A stretch of 64,000 bases of DNA, from contig NC_134034.1 in NCBI RefSeq assembly GCF_964204645.1, forward strand, positions 2,294,072 through 2,358,071, read 5' to 3'. The DNA comes from Tubulanus polymorphus (lineage: Eukaryota; Animalia; Nemertea). The notes under the pieces were generated by a model, which made no database searches, was not told where the DNA came from, and was given only the letters and a program-made list of their open reading frames with translations. Below, piece by piece: positions 37,661 through 51,351 of this stretch (position 1 is its first letter; every line of letters begins with the position of its first letter). A program made the position numbers and the translations under genes.

Positions 37661-38368
37661 TAAAACCCACATTTCGTTGAAATCGGACGTTGCTATGGAC
37701 GTTGCTAGGTGACACAGCGGCAACAATACTCCTATCGCCATGGCCAACAGAATACGTAACGGAATCATACAATAAATCGCTAAAATTACGTAAACGATTT
37801 GCCAGACGCCGTCGGCGGGACTGTAAACTTCGACGTCGAGTCCGAAAATTCGAACCGGCATGTAGACAACACTGAACAGTACCGACAGGCCGATGTACGT
37901 AACCGATATGTAGGGCAGAATTTGTTCTTGCATAAATTTACTATTACAAAAAATCACCAAACAAACGAACACCAGGCAATGAAAGACGTTGTAGACTATC
38001 TGAACGGTCGGTCGTAAGGCGTAGGCGAATTGCAACGAGGCGAACAGACCGGTCAACACGATGAACATGAGAATCGCCTTCGACACGGATCTGACTTGCA
38101 GTTTGTAAACATATCTTTGGTATAGGTTATCGAGTTCTTCTTCGCGGAACGGGTGAATGTGTAGAACTTTAGAAAGTCGTGTTCGCTGATAAGGCGGTAG
38201 ACTACCGGTGCTTTGTATTTCCTGCATGTTACCGATACTGCTAGTCAGACTAGCTCCGTCGTCACGTCCGCCGCTGCGAGAAGAGATCGGTAACAATCTA
38301 TAGGTATGTTTATTATTACCGCGCCCGCCGCCGGTCAGTTTCGTTTGAGCACTTCCAGTCACGTCCAT
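37661..38368 (-). CDS. rut: Transmembrane adenylate cyclase, rutabaga/AC1-like (Ca2+/calmodulin-responsive type), first coding exon
   Basis: 708-nt exon ending at a phase-0 GTAAGT donor (37660). F.EEELDNLYQRYVYKLQ..SV, an M1 multi-TM block and DGVWQIVYVILAIYCMIPL...G..LP..H match my recollection of the N-terminal half of Drosophila rutabaga (ELELLYQRYTLKLQ; EGVWQIVFVVFLAYAMMPL). The subtype call is less certain than the family call. Confidence 0.88.
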
Positions 38369-40237
38369 CTTCTTTTTGAATTGTTCTACGATAATTTCAT
38401 TAAACGGATCTTAAATGCAGAAGTAGTTAACTTGTACTCGATGAAGTTATCACTACTATGAGGAAATCGGTCGGCGCATTTTCGGAAACCATTATTGTTT
38501 TTCGTTAACGATTCAAGAGATTGTCACAAGCAAGAGCAGTTCCGTCTCCGACGCCTGGCTGAGAGGATATATATATTATTTGACTCTCAGCCGAGAGGTG
38601 AGTTCCAGTGAACCCGTGTTATCCTTCGGCTGGGGCGTGTTCCACGGTATCCGTTTCACTCCAAAAGGAAGCAAGCGCGCGATTCTAAATCCACCAAACT
38701 CGAAGGCATCGCCCTGAATTTCAAATCCACGCGAGACGAGGACGCAACAAGTACCGGCGACAGGTACTTTTGAAAATTATCATTTTCTCCGAGTTCAATG
38801 GTGGTGAATTCATTAAGAAATTATCTCCCAATTCTACGAACGCTTGTCTTTCATTTCCCGAATCATCGACTTCAAAAAGAACACTGTTTCTATCCCAGCG
38901 AAATAAGTAGCTTCGTATTTTCTTTCCTCTCGCGCTTACTCGAATTAAAAGATAAATGTTCGACCATTTAGAAAAAGATAAGATAATTACTTCCTCTTGG
39001 AATTCAATCCTGGCCACCACAAAAACGCTAATCCATAAAATCGGCGCCGGTACGATTTAATTCTAATCCCAATCCAATAATCCACAATACGACGTCGAGC
39101 AACAGATAATTCAAACGTAATCCATTTTCATCAGAACACTGATTAAATTCATATTTGCTCCGGGAATGAACGGGCTTAAATCCTTGCGTTATAAACTCTG
39201 AGCAAAAGATAATCCGCCCGCAACATTTTTTTATTTCTATTTATTTCAATTCGCAAATCGACTGTTTCACCGCTGCCGCAGTACTGGTGAGTAGTGTGCG
39301 TGCAGTACTGCTCTCAGCCGCTTTCTGCAAAATGATTAATCGAAAAATCGTCTGCTAACGCTGCGAACAGATGGTGGCGACACGTAGTGGTTATGATCGA
39401 TGACTATTCGCGGTGCCGCCATCGGTCGGTCAGAAAATGCAGGCTGTGCACGCTGCGCGCCGCGAGGGCGAAATAAGGACAAACATTTGAAATTAGTAAA
39501 CGTTATTACAGTAAAGATCACTACGATTTCGGTATTTATATTATCTATTGCGATGATGCAGCCTTCCAAAGCTAGAAGAGGGCCTCAATACCTTAATACA
39601 CACGACAAACACCGTGACTGGTAATCGGTGTATTTCAGTAGTGTCCCTAATATTGCCTTTGTGGACAATGTGCCCTTTTGGGATGTGACTCAAAACTGGC
39701 CCCTCAGTACACATAATATTGTCATTTTCGACATCAAGGTGCCGTTTTGGAGATGCGTCAGTTAGTCCTACAAAACCGGTCTCTGGACACGGCCCGCTGG
39801 ACTGAGATAGACGGACCCGATCTGCGTTAGCAACACCGAAATCGTCTCTCCTGCACACTCAAACTTGCTTATCGTTGGTAGATGGGAAAATCATTACGTC
39901 GACGACTTATCCAAATAGGAACTTACACTTAGTAAATTGCTTTGTAAATTGTAATGGGACTTATGAATAGAGACGACTGAAGCGATGGTGACTTTACTTC
40001 GATTTAAACCGAATTGGTCGTGGCCTTCTTTGTGTCAGTGCGATTTCCGATGCCCTATGTTGCCAACAGGTGGCGTTGCTTATAATGGCGGACAAATAAA
40101 CAAGCGATAACGAACGTTTTTTTTTTTTTTACCAATAAACTATGAATCATGATTTATTCTTCGCAATAAAAATCACCAATAACACGTAGCAAGCAATCGA
40201 TATTCAACACGCGCACGTCATATACACATGAAACATG

Positions 40238-40398
<161 letters not shown>

Positions 40399-41763
40399 TT
40401 AAATTAAAATCATTCAAAATACCACAAAAAATGATATGTTTATTAAGAAAAATAACATTCGATTGTAAGGTTTTTAAATATTCTTACTGTGTATAATATA
40501 CTTCATTTTGATTGCAACTTACATTATGGTAGCTATAATCAGGGACCAGTTGCGCAGTAGTGACTTAAGTTCAAAAGTAGTCTTAGATCTTAAGACTGGT
40601 CTTAAGTTGTTAGATTGCCTAAGTCTAAGCCGTGACTATGCAACCGGCCGCTGCAGCCTGGGACCAACTCAGACTCGAAAACAGATTACATACACTAAAA
40701 TATGGCTTAAAAATTAAAACATCAGTTTGGAAAACAACTTGTTAATCGGGGTTTGAACGCGTCTTTGTTACGTCCAGTAAAGTTTCGAAATGAAATTTTT
40801 ACCCGTGGAAAAGTTTTATGTTATAATTAATCCACGCCATACAATTAGATTATACAAATATTGCACTGAAAGTTGAAAAAAAACAACGAATCCGTTAAAA
40901 GAATAAAATAGACTCGGATCATCTCGTTAAAACTCGAAATTCATGTTTGTAAAACTTGCCGCCCGTTACAAGGCGTGGTTCGTCGTACAGAGGACCGAGG
41001 ATCCTAGCTCAGACGAATTGCCACACGTACAACAGGCTAACAATCCTACGACCTATAAATAGTAACAGTGTATTTTAGTTGTAAGGTTATATCATGGCAC
41101 ACGAACTCCTAAATTTCACACGTCTGTGGGTATATCGGCAACATGGCAAACTTCAGATTTTTCGTAGATATTCTCGACTAGTGGCCGGAACTAAACCGAA
41201 CACACGCGCCGTATAGTTCGGTCGCAACGTTCCCAGTGTCGGCGATCTTGCTCCGAACTACAGCGACCGTGCCCGATGGTCGACATTTACCGGATAGCTC
41301 CGACTAAAACTGGTGATTCGGTTTTACTCCGTTCGCAAATAGTGGACTAACTCCGCTAACCGAAAAGTTCGCCAAGATGAGCTTGTGGTTGGTGGTTATC
41401 TTTGAGCACCGAGATGCGGAATATCTATCTGACAGTCAATGGTGGGTGACTTGTAATGAGGTAGCTGTCTATTAGGTAGTTTTGGTAGTTAAAGCCCGCA
41501 GTCGAAAAACTGCCCCGGGAGTCTAATGAACCAAACCGTAGTTACAGTGCATGCGTCCAATACCGGTACATGTCATTTACACGTGTATAACATGTACATG
41601 TATCAAGCGATCGATATTCAACACGCATGTCATATACATATACACATAAATCATGTTCATATATCAAGCGATCGATATCTTACATGCGCGTGTGATTTAC
41701 ACGCGTTACAAGTAGATGTATTACGCGATCGATCGATATTCAACACGCGCATGTGGTCGTCTG

Positions 41764-44700
41764 TCATCCGCTCTGGAAACTCTTTTTGATGTCGACTCGC
41801 GGATATTGCGAGTTCCACGAGTGAACTTGCATAAAATCGATAGCGGCGCAAAACGACACGTCCAAAAACACGAGCTGCCTACATTCATCCAACACCCTAC
41901 AAAATACATACAATTTACATAATACATGCGTGTATCTGGTAGTTCATTTTCAATAAAAAATTTCTATTAAAAATGTCTCAGGTGAAGTACTGAACACATG
42001 TGAAGTGTGGACGATCATTTTTTGAAAGTGTGCTGATAAAATGTCCAATATCTGGTGTTTGTAGTTCACTTTCAATCAAAAATATCTCTGGTGCAGTTCT
42101 TAACACGTGTGAAGTGTGGACGATCTGGCTGGGACGCTAGACCCCACTCAGGTATTCGAATTTTTAATAACCATTTTTTCCATATTCCATTTTTCATCCT
42201 CTAGACTATACATTAAACATTTCAAAAACTGATCGTTCACACTTCACGTGTATTCAGAGACATTTACTCGGCACCCGGTAGTGTATATACTTCTGGACGG
42301 CATCAGTTGATATGGCGCTTGTTCCGAGTATATCGAGTTGTTGAAGGTCAGGAAGATATTTGGCAATCAGATTCAACTCCGTATCACTCACCGTCCTGTG
42401 AAAAGCAGAAACAACATAACCAATTACATTCGTCGATTTAACAATCTAAATGACGACCTTCTTCGATTCATTGACTTTCAAAGATTTAGTCAATCAAATA
42501 CCTGTTTGCAGTGAGAAATAGCTTTTTTAATTTTCGACATCTACTGATCAGATTTGCCAGACAGTCGGACATTGCTGCTGATACACCACTACTGTAAGGA
42601 GAAATATCGACAAGTCAAATTAGACCTTTCGACCTCACACAACTGTGGAACTGGGCCCAGAGTTAAATTAAACCCGCCAAACTGTGGAACTGGATTCACA
42701 GTCAAATTAAACCAACATTACTATGGAACTGGGTCCAGAGTCAAATTAAACCCACACAACTGTGGAACTAGATTCAGAGTCAAATTAAACCCACACAACT
42801 GTGGAACTGGATTCAGAGTCAAATTAAAGCCACACAACTGTGGAACTGGATTCAGAGTCAAATTTAAGCCACACAACTGTGGAACTGGATTTAAGAGTCA
42901 AATTAAACCCACACAACTGTGGAACTGGATTCAGAGTCAAATTAAAGCCACACAACTGTGGAACTGGATCCAGAGCCGAATGGAACTCAGTTACAAAACA
43001 GCTCGTGCACATACATAAGATTCTTACCACCATCCCAAATCGACATCTTCGAGGTGAGGACAGTTTTCTGAGATCAGATTCAAACCTGAGTCGGTCAATG
43101 ATTTCATTCGCCAGAAATCGAGGCCGATCATCGATTTACAATTTCTACCGATTTCGCCGGCAACGACGTCGAAATTCGACATTAAATTCAAACACGATCC
43201 TAAATTTAGATATTGCAATTTCGTTTGAGTTCTGAAAAAGAAAGAAATTAAATTTCATTAAGTGGCTTATCTAAATCTTGTCCCCTGATGCAAGTATCAG
43301 GTCGATAGGTATCCAACTGCCTGGACCCTGCACCCCTTCAGATATTTGATGCTTTATCAGCATTCTTCAAATTAGTGATCGTCCACACTTCACATCTGTT
43401 CAGAACTTCCCCTGAGACATTTTTAATTGAAAATGAACTACAAACACCAGACATAAGACATTTTATCAGCACACTTTCACAAACTGATCGTCCACACTTC
43501 ACATGTGTTCAGAAATTCACCCGAGATATTTTTAATCGAAAATGAACTAGAAACACCAGACGTTAGACATTTTATCAGAACACTTTCATAAACTGATCAT
43601 CCACAATTCAAACTGGAATACTGAATGTCCGAACGGGTGCAGGTTGCAGGATACAGAAATCCGGCTGTGTAAACTGTAATCTGACGTTTGAACTTACTTG
43701 AGAATGTTTACGATCTGTTTCGAGCTGATGTTCGTGCGGTACAGATTCAGACGACGCAATTCCAGCGAATTCGTCGCCAACGGCAGAAAATTGAAAACGT
43801 TCCTACAACACTGCACGTCTAATTCTGCAACGAAACAAAAATCCAACAAAGCGTTGAGTATGACGCTTCAATTTCATTGATTGTTTATTCTCCATCATGC
43901 ACAGATTCGAGTTTCGTGCAGATGAATCAGCGACGAAATTAAAGTTAACCCGGAGTATAAAGCCAGTGCTAAATGAAATAGGTTTTAAAAATTGTACAAA
44001 TCATGTGTTACATTTATGTTGAATATTGTTTGAAATGGTCGTTTAAAGATTCTGTAGTTTTAGATTTAACTTTTAGGTAAAAATTAGTCCATTTTCAATG
44101 AGTCAAAACTGACAATACAATAATCATTTTTAGCATAGAATATCATAAACATATATACAATTTACCATTTTTACTATCCTCAATTTTCAACCCAGGATAT
44201 TGTATCAAATATCGGCCCCAGAAGCCTAGAGAATTCAGTCAATTAACTCTTTGAGCTCACGCAAGTTAATTCGTTTTCAACCTCGAACTCAACATATCAA
44301 AGCAAATAAACACTTAAAACACCTACGTTTCAGCTTTTTAGAGCAAGTCGCTATCGATTTGATGACGTTATCGTTAACGAATTTACAACAACCCAAACGA
44401 ACGTCGACCAACGAGCTGCAAGCTTTCAAAAACCTACGAAAGACAGTTAACCAAACATGAGACTAATTCGACATTTAAAAAAAACAGCGGTTTAATTGAA
44501 AATGAAAAAAGAAGTTATTCTGATTTCGAGAGTAGTTTGATAGAGTAGAAACTACTCTCAATTAGTTGACGTTCTGGTTCCGGTTCCGGTTCCGGTTCCA
44601 CAGTTGTGAGTTGAATTTATCTTTAAGAGTTAAAGCATTGAAAATGAACTGATTTTAACTCAGAGTTAACTCTTACTCACAACTGTGGAACTGAGCCCTG

Positions 44701-47700
44701 GTACGAGTGCGGACACTTCGAACGTTTCTTGGCCATTTCGACTTTCATTTATCGTATTTCAAATACCCGATGAATTCTGTAGATGTGATGTTGTTGCACC
44801 AGGATATATTGAGCGTTTGTAAGTGCTGACAGCAACGGGACCGCAGACCGACCAGACTAACATCGGTGAACTGAAAAAGACGATTTTAAAAATTTATCTT
44901 TTGAAATTTGTAATTGATCTTAAAGGCCCCTCTACAACCAAGTGGAGCTTGGTGTCGTGACGAGGAGAACACTCAATTTGATTGTCGAGGGAGGAGGGCC
45001 GGAGCTTCTGCCAGAGCCTTTGCTCCTCTGATGGAAACGAAACGATCTTAAAACTAGCCACAACGGTGGAAAGTTCTTTGTAATTCATTTCCAGCGCATT
45101 TTCAATCAAATCAGTTTAGTTTTTAGCGCGATTTGTGACCATTGCTTTAAAAACTTGAACGAATCGACGTATGAAAAGATTGCTTACTTTATCCCAGTAC
45201 GGTTGTAGATTGAGGGCTGTGTATTGTAAAGGGTCGTAGGCCTGTTTATGAAACAGCCGCGAGACCGACGCCACCTGGCACAACGATCTGTGGTCTAAAT
45301 AACTAAATATCAGCTGTATGATTTCGCCCTGAATAACGGAAAGAAAGTATTAGGTTTAGCGGAAATTAGCACGGAATTCGGCGAGATGTTTATTACAGTT
45401 TCTTCGGCAAGTTTCGATTGCAAGAATCAGGCCAACAGCGTGACTGGTTTCACGGGCAGCGCGGGTCACCTTTTTTGGTATCTTCATCAGACGGCGCTCG
45501 AAGTTAAAATCGTCGCGTATGACAGCAAATACGTTCGCATTTCAAGGCCATAACTGAGAACCCGCACGCTTATTGGACTGGGAGTACATAAGATTTATTT
45601 CGATTTCTGAAATTTTTGCAAACGAGGAACTTACTCTCGAATGATGGATTGAGATTCGCTATTTACCAAACGAAAACAGCCTTGAAAAACAGTTTCGTGG
45701 CGAATTTCGATCAGTTTCGAAACCGAGAAAATTTGAAAAACAAGATTGAAACCAGTTTCCGTAAGATGGGAGGTTTATAGCCTTCGACGAATAGCCGTAC
45801 TGGCAATCACGTGCTATACCGTACCGGTAATAGTGAGAAGTAATCAGTGTCGCGTACGTCTAAATTCAAATCTGAAAAACGTTCCGTCGTTATTTCGAGC
45901 GCGTTCTTCGAAGCGGCGGCCGGGTATTTCGTATCGACGCTCAAAACGGAATTCATTTGCTGAAGTGAACCGATCAATTCTACCGCGTCCAGTTCCGTGT
46001 AGTACGTGCAATACTTGGAGTTCAGTTCCAAACGAATTTTGCTGCAAAATACGAAACAAATACGATCAGGTGATGTCTCGGGTGAAGTACTGAACACATG
46101 TGAAATATGGTGGATGACCAGTTTTAGAAAGTGTACTGATAAAATGTGTAATGTCTGATGTTTGTAGTTCAATTGAATATGTCTCAGGTGAAGCACTGAA
46201 CACATGTGAAGTGTGGACGATCAGTTTTTTAAAGTGTGCTGATAAAATGTCTAATGTCTGGTGTTTGTAGTTCATTTGCAATTGCAAATATCTCAGGTGA
46301 AGCACTGAACACATATGAAGTGTGGACGATCAGTTTTTTAAAGTGTGCTGATAAAATGTCTAATGTCTGGTGTTTGTAGTTCATTTGCAATTGCAAATAT
46401 CTCAGGTGAAGCACTGAACACATATGAAGTGTGTCAGACGATCAGTTTATGAAAGTGGGCTGATAAAAATGTCCGATGTCTGGTGTTTGTAGTTCATTTT
46501 CAATTAGAAATGTCTCAGGTGAAGCACTGAACACGTGTGAAGTGTGGACGATCAAATTTTGAAAGTGTTCTGATAAAATGTCTTATGTCTGTAGTCCGTT
46601 TTCAATTACAAGCAGCCTGTTTTTTGTCTATATCATTATTCTTCATTTATCTTAATTTTGCTAAAGGTATCTTATGTAGTTGGAACATAAGTGTTTCGCA
46701 GATAGGAGGATTATATTTCTCATTTTCACTATTTCATATCTGACTTTTTTTCTTGTTTAGTCGTGGTTAATCAGTTGGACACTAACGTCTCTCACTTTCT
46801 CAACTGCAAAACGACTTGCGTATTGTTTCCCGAATAGAAGTTTGGATTCACAGAAGATCCGACATGACATAAGGGCAAATGATACAACGTATGCTTTCAA
46901 ACTTGCCTTTCTAACTCACCTAGTTAGAGACGGAATGGACATCAGTTTCGGCGAAAAAATCCGCGATTCTCTCCTGGCGTCGGTCGGCTCTCCTGACCAC
47001 AAAATTTCCCAACTGAAAGATTTTCCTTTTTTATTAATCACGTCAACTTAATCCAGATCTGCTAAATCCGACTTATGACATAATCCGGATTAAACAAATC
47101 TGTATTAAGCTTAATCTAGTGATGGACTGTGAACGTTTTGCAGATGAGATCGAATCTTAATCTAACCCGGACGGGACCGAATAATCCGGATTATTGGGGA
47201 TTAAACGAAACGCGTTTTTCTGAGCGAAATCTTCGATTAGAAATTTCAGAAATCGTCACGTCATCACTTACCGTTTTCTAACGGTATCGACCGCTAAAAT
47301 GCGGACGACCGCTCCCGGGTTGTAGGTTTCGTAGATCCTGATTTCGAACGGATGGACCGGTACGCTGAACTGTAATTCTACATTTAAACAAATTAAACAT
47401 TTCAAAACAATACGTAAATTAGACCTATATCGAAATCCTTTTACGTAGGCTCTACATATGAAATCAGTATTGGGTATTTCGGTGATGTCATAGGGTGATA
47501 AATAGAGGCCGACATTGCTCCTTTATCAAAGGATGTACAGCATCAGTAATGGCTCTGCTCTAATTTTTGGCGACTGATATTTGGATGATGTCATGGGGGG
47601 ATTTATGGCCTGTAGATGGAATCAATTGTCGAGGTAATTTGATAATGTCACTGAGGATCCAAAGAGGTAGCCATCATTTCTTGAAGAGTAGCTTTAGCTC

Positions 47701-48693
47701 CAATAAGAGTAAGTGGCAATATGATGATGTCATAGGGGTATTTATGGAAGCTGCCATAGTTTCTGGAAGGATATACAAATCAAGTTACTGGTACGATATT
47801 TGATGATGTCATGGGAGATGATGACCTTGAAGTATAAATTATTTTGCTCACCGATAAAATCTGTACTGAAGAAAGTGTCTGGAGTGCGTCTGATAACGGT
47901 CGGAGCAGACGGACTGATCTTCCACCACGGACCGTACGTCCTCTGAAATAATAATTCAAACGCATCGTGACAGGTGAGAGTATCCACCAGGTGGTGCTAG
48001 TGAGCAGTAAGACATTAAAACTACTGCAGGGGAGGATTGCACTTGTGGCAAGTGAGGAACCACCAGGTGTCGCTAGAGTACAAAAGGACATCAACTACTG
48101 CAGCAATACAGGATTCCATGTGCAAGTGAGAATCTACTAGGTATTGCTAGTGTGCAGTAGGACATCAACTCCTGCGAAAATAGAGGATTCCACTTGTGGC
48201 AAGTGAGAATCCACCAGGTGTTGCTAGTGTTCAGTAAGACACCAACTCCTGCGAAAATAGAGGATTCCACTTGTGGCAAGTGAGAATCCACCAGGTGTTG
48301 CTAGTGTTCAGTAAGACACCAACTCCAGCGAAAAATAGTGGTTTCCACTTGTGGCAAGTGTGGATCCACCAGGGGTCACTAGTGCGCAGTGGGACATCAA
48401 CAACAGTGGCAATAGAGGATTCTACTTGTGGCAAGCGAGGATCTACCGGTTTCAAAAACACAATGATAGCCGATTATTGCAAAAGATAAACTTACAAAAA
48501 CGCAAGCCTGCGTGTAATCACCGTAGCTCGGGTAAATGGAAATAGCGTTCGCTAAATTGGCGGCTGTGTACGCGATGCTCGCCTCACCGCCGTATTGAGA
48601 ACTAAAATCCGTTACTTTCTCCGCGAACTGGCTGTAGGTGTCAGGTACACCCGTGATTCGATCGCCTCCGCACAACGATGAGTTCGCCGCCAT
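41764..48693 (-). CDS. FBXL4: F-box/LRR-repeat protein 4 (571 aa, 13 coding exons)
   Basis: Exons 48693-48496, 47942-47852, 47377-47272, 47012-46920, 46041-45825, 45328-45188, 44870-44767, 44433-44327, 43824-43698, 43231-43028, 42591-42502, 42395-42291 and 41896-41764; all GT-AG and phase-consistent. Motifs DFSSQYG, RTYGPWW, ETYNPGAVVRILA, YYTELDAV, F-box LPGEIIQLIF...DPLQY..LNLQPYW, KKLFLTANR and C-terminal KKSF. Confidence 0.95.
42630..42990 (-). repeat. 39-bp minisatellite (same family as 17765) in FBXL4 intron
   Basis: CACACAACTGTGGAACTGGATTCAGAGTCAAATTAAACC repeats. Confidence 0.92.
46060..46610 (-). repeat. 109-bp tandem repeat family array in FBXL4 intron
   Basis: ~5 copies, period 109. 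Confidence 0.9.
47980..48450 (-). repeat. 77-bp tandem repeat family array in FBXL4 intron
   Basis: ~6 copies, period 77. Confidence 0.9.
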
Positions 48694-49225
48694 ATTTTAA
48701 TCGAGAAAACTCATCTGAAATGGTTGAAATGTTTATGCCATGAGGGAAAAATGTTGTTCAATTTTATTTCAGCGACGTGGTCCAGTTGCGGGAGTACGGT
48801 TCGGCTTTACAGTTGGTTTAGTCATTAGACCTACCTGTAAACTGGACTACAGTTCTTAGTCAGATACCGGACTGCGATTTATTCAGTAAAAGGACCTCGG
48901 TTTCGTCAGTTAGAGTGTACTGCAGCAGTTTTAGTCAGTGACAGTGAGTAATCAGATTGCGATTGGAATCAATTAAACTGAATTTAGTCTGTAACCATGG
49001 TTGGTAACTTGACTGCATTTTTAATCAGTAACCTGACCATTTTATTCAGTGAACGGACTACGATTTTATGAGGGACCTGACCGCAGTTATAGTTAGTGAT
49101 CAGACTTGGGTTTTAGTTAGTGACTTGACTGCGCCTTAGTCAACAAATATGGACTTTGGTCTGACTATGATTTTAGACACAAACCTGTATTTTAATCCTG
49201 TTTACGCGATAAATTAAATTGTTAC

Positions 49226-49260
49226 CATGGGCGGCGCCATTTTATGATCATGTGATCGGG
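49226..49260 (-). promoter_or_regulatory. Putative FBXL4 first exon/promoter with YY1-type motif and E-box
   Basis: Minus strand TCACATGA...AAAATGGCGCCGCCCATG|GTAACA, with a matching acceptor TTTCAG at 48720-48715. Confidence 0.55.
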
Positions 49261-49956
49261 TTCTAGTGGTAAAGAATTAATCACAAATTTAAATTTGTTT
49301 TATTGAATATGTCCTGTATAGGCGAGCCGGACGGAGACGGCCGGTATCGGGGGTCCATTTGGAATCTAGCCCAAAACCCCAAAGTAGGTAAAATACGTGC
49401 CTAGATTATCTTAAGTAATCCATTGGACCGTGATAACGTTGTGGATACTCGCTTGTCACTGAATCCGCGATCGCCATTTAGAGCTTTGTACGACTCCCGG
49501 TCGGCGCTGGATCTCCAGTTAGTTACCTAATCTTTGGTGGTAAGCTTTTTATAATCGGATGGGCTTATACCTTGTGAAAATATCCGATCGTGAAACTAAA
49601 CCACAGACAGGTTACTGACTACGCTGGATCGAAATACAAAGGAATTCAGAAGACCGAGTGAAATTGAGATTGATTTATTTTACCGTTTGCTATTCGCTTT
49701 TCTCAACATTCATTACATTACTACACCTGAATGTCTTGAATCAGTGCCCGTTAAAGTTTCCAGAGAACAGGCGAATGCATGGGCAATCTTAGAAAGCACA
49801 GAAGAAAATGCATTTCTATAAAAATATCAATAAACTTGAGAAATATTGAATGGACTTGTGCAGGCCTGAACGAAACGGGGAAGTATGTTTTAGATTTTTC
49901 AATATAACAGAGTGAATAAACTTGAGACTGGAGATTCAAGTGAAACATATACCGTA

Positions 49957-50065
49957 CAGTAACCCCCGAACAATTACCGGGCGTGTTTTATTGTGTATCT
50001 ATAGAAAACCTGGCGGTAAGCGGGGTGGCAGGTAAATGGGAGGGCGGTATATCGGGGGTTCACTG
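49957..50065. mobile_element. Tc1/mariner-type MITE
   Basis: TA|CAGTAACCCCCGA ... TCGGGGGTTCACTG|TA. Confidence 0.65.
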
Positions 50066-50424
50066 TATATAGATACAAAACTATGGAGTAAACTTACAGA
50101 TTCAGTAAATATGATTCATAACGCATTGAATAAAATGTATGCGGCGTTCGCCAAATTTCGAATTTCGCTTAGATTTCGGGACACAGGATATAGTTGACCC
50201 GAAATGATCCAAACTTAGCAAACCGACTGCACCATAGACAACCGGGTATAGATTGGAATTGTTTTCCGTTCGCAATTTGTTTGAAAAGTCATCTGGAGTT
50301 AATGGCCCTGTTTCGTAGTAGCGTACATTTGTGCCGTGGTTGCCACTACAGCTGGTACATACTGTTCCCACAACACCTCGGGTCGAATTGCATATCTTGC
50401 TTTACGTCCATATTGGAACCGTCC

Positions 50425-50750
50425 TCCCCGGCAGGGATTCGAACCTGATGGCATCGAGATTGCCACTGTACGAACCCCTGCCACACTAGACCGAGTGCGC
50501 AGCTACACGCGCAGCTTAGATGATGTCATTATTAGCCAACCAATGATCCCGTTTCATTTTAGCCCGGTTTTTCCCATTTACAGTTCTTCCGTGAAATTTA
50601 CTCAGCGATTATACAACGAACAATCTGATTGGTGCCGCAAATTTTCGTGCGGCAAAGCTGCGCATGTACTGCGCACCCGGTCTAGTGTGGCAGGGGCTCG
50701 TGCCGTGGCCGAGTGTAGCGATGCCATCAGGTTCGAATCCCTGCTGTGGG
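50425..50750. mobile_element. Foldback element with ~90-bp inverted arms carrying tRNA-like B boxes
   Basis: GCAGGGATTCGAACCTGATGGCATCG...CCCCTGCCACACTAGACCGAGTGCGCAG versus its reverse complement at 50668-50744. Confidence 0.7.
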
Positions 50751-51351
50751 AGTATGATTGGAACTTGGTTTCCCACCACGACTGAACCTATTGTAGTGGT
50801 GCTAACCTCACGACGGGACCACAAACCGTAGAGTAATCGATAACACGGTACGCAATTCCTACATTAAAGACATCCAGCACATATTTACGGTGGAACTCCG
50901 CTTGTGGTCTTTAGTTTGACCCACTTTCCTTTCCCCTAGGTCCGCCCCAGTTAAAAGATCTTGACGAAATTCTACTTGATCAAACAAGAACCGGTGACTC
51001 ACGCCGAGTAAAGAGATTAGAATTCTAAGAAAGTCCTGCAGCTAAATAATGGGGTCTCGATAACGATTTCAACAGAAATGGACACAGTTGTTTCGGTTCA
51101 TAACACAATGATTCAGAACTGAAGTACCTGGGGTCAATAGGTTTGTCGTTAGGAAAATCCTGCGCTTCCATTGTGGCGTTCAATGTCCCCATTATACTGC
51201 GGAATGCTCATGTAATGTCCACTGAACTATGCCGGTTTGTTTGGGCCCGCATTCCCGGCCCATTGACGACGGTATGAATACCTCGACTCGGTCCGTTCGT
51301 TAATCAGTGAGTCGTTGACCACACATCGAGTAAGAGGCAGTCAGCACGAAA

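Noticed and set aside
39541-39858. 105-aa minus-strand ORF upstream of the cyclase
   Set aside because: No recognisable domain, non-ATG start, no linked exons found.
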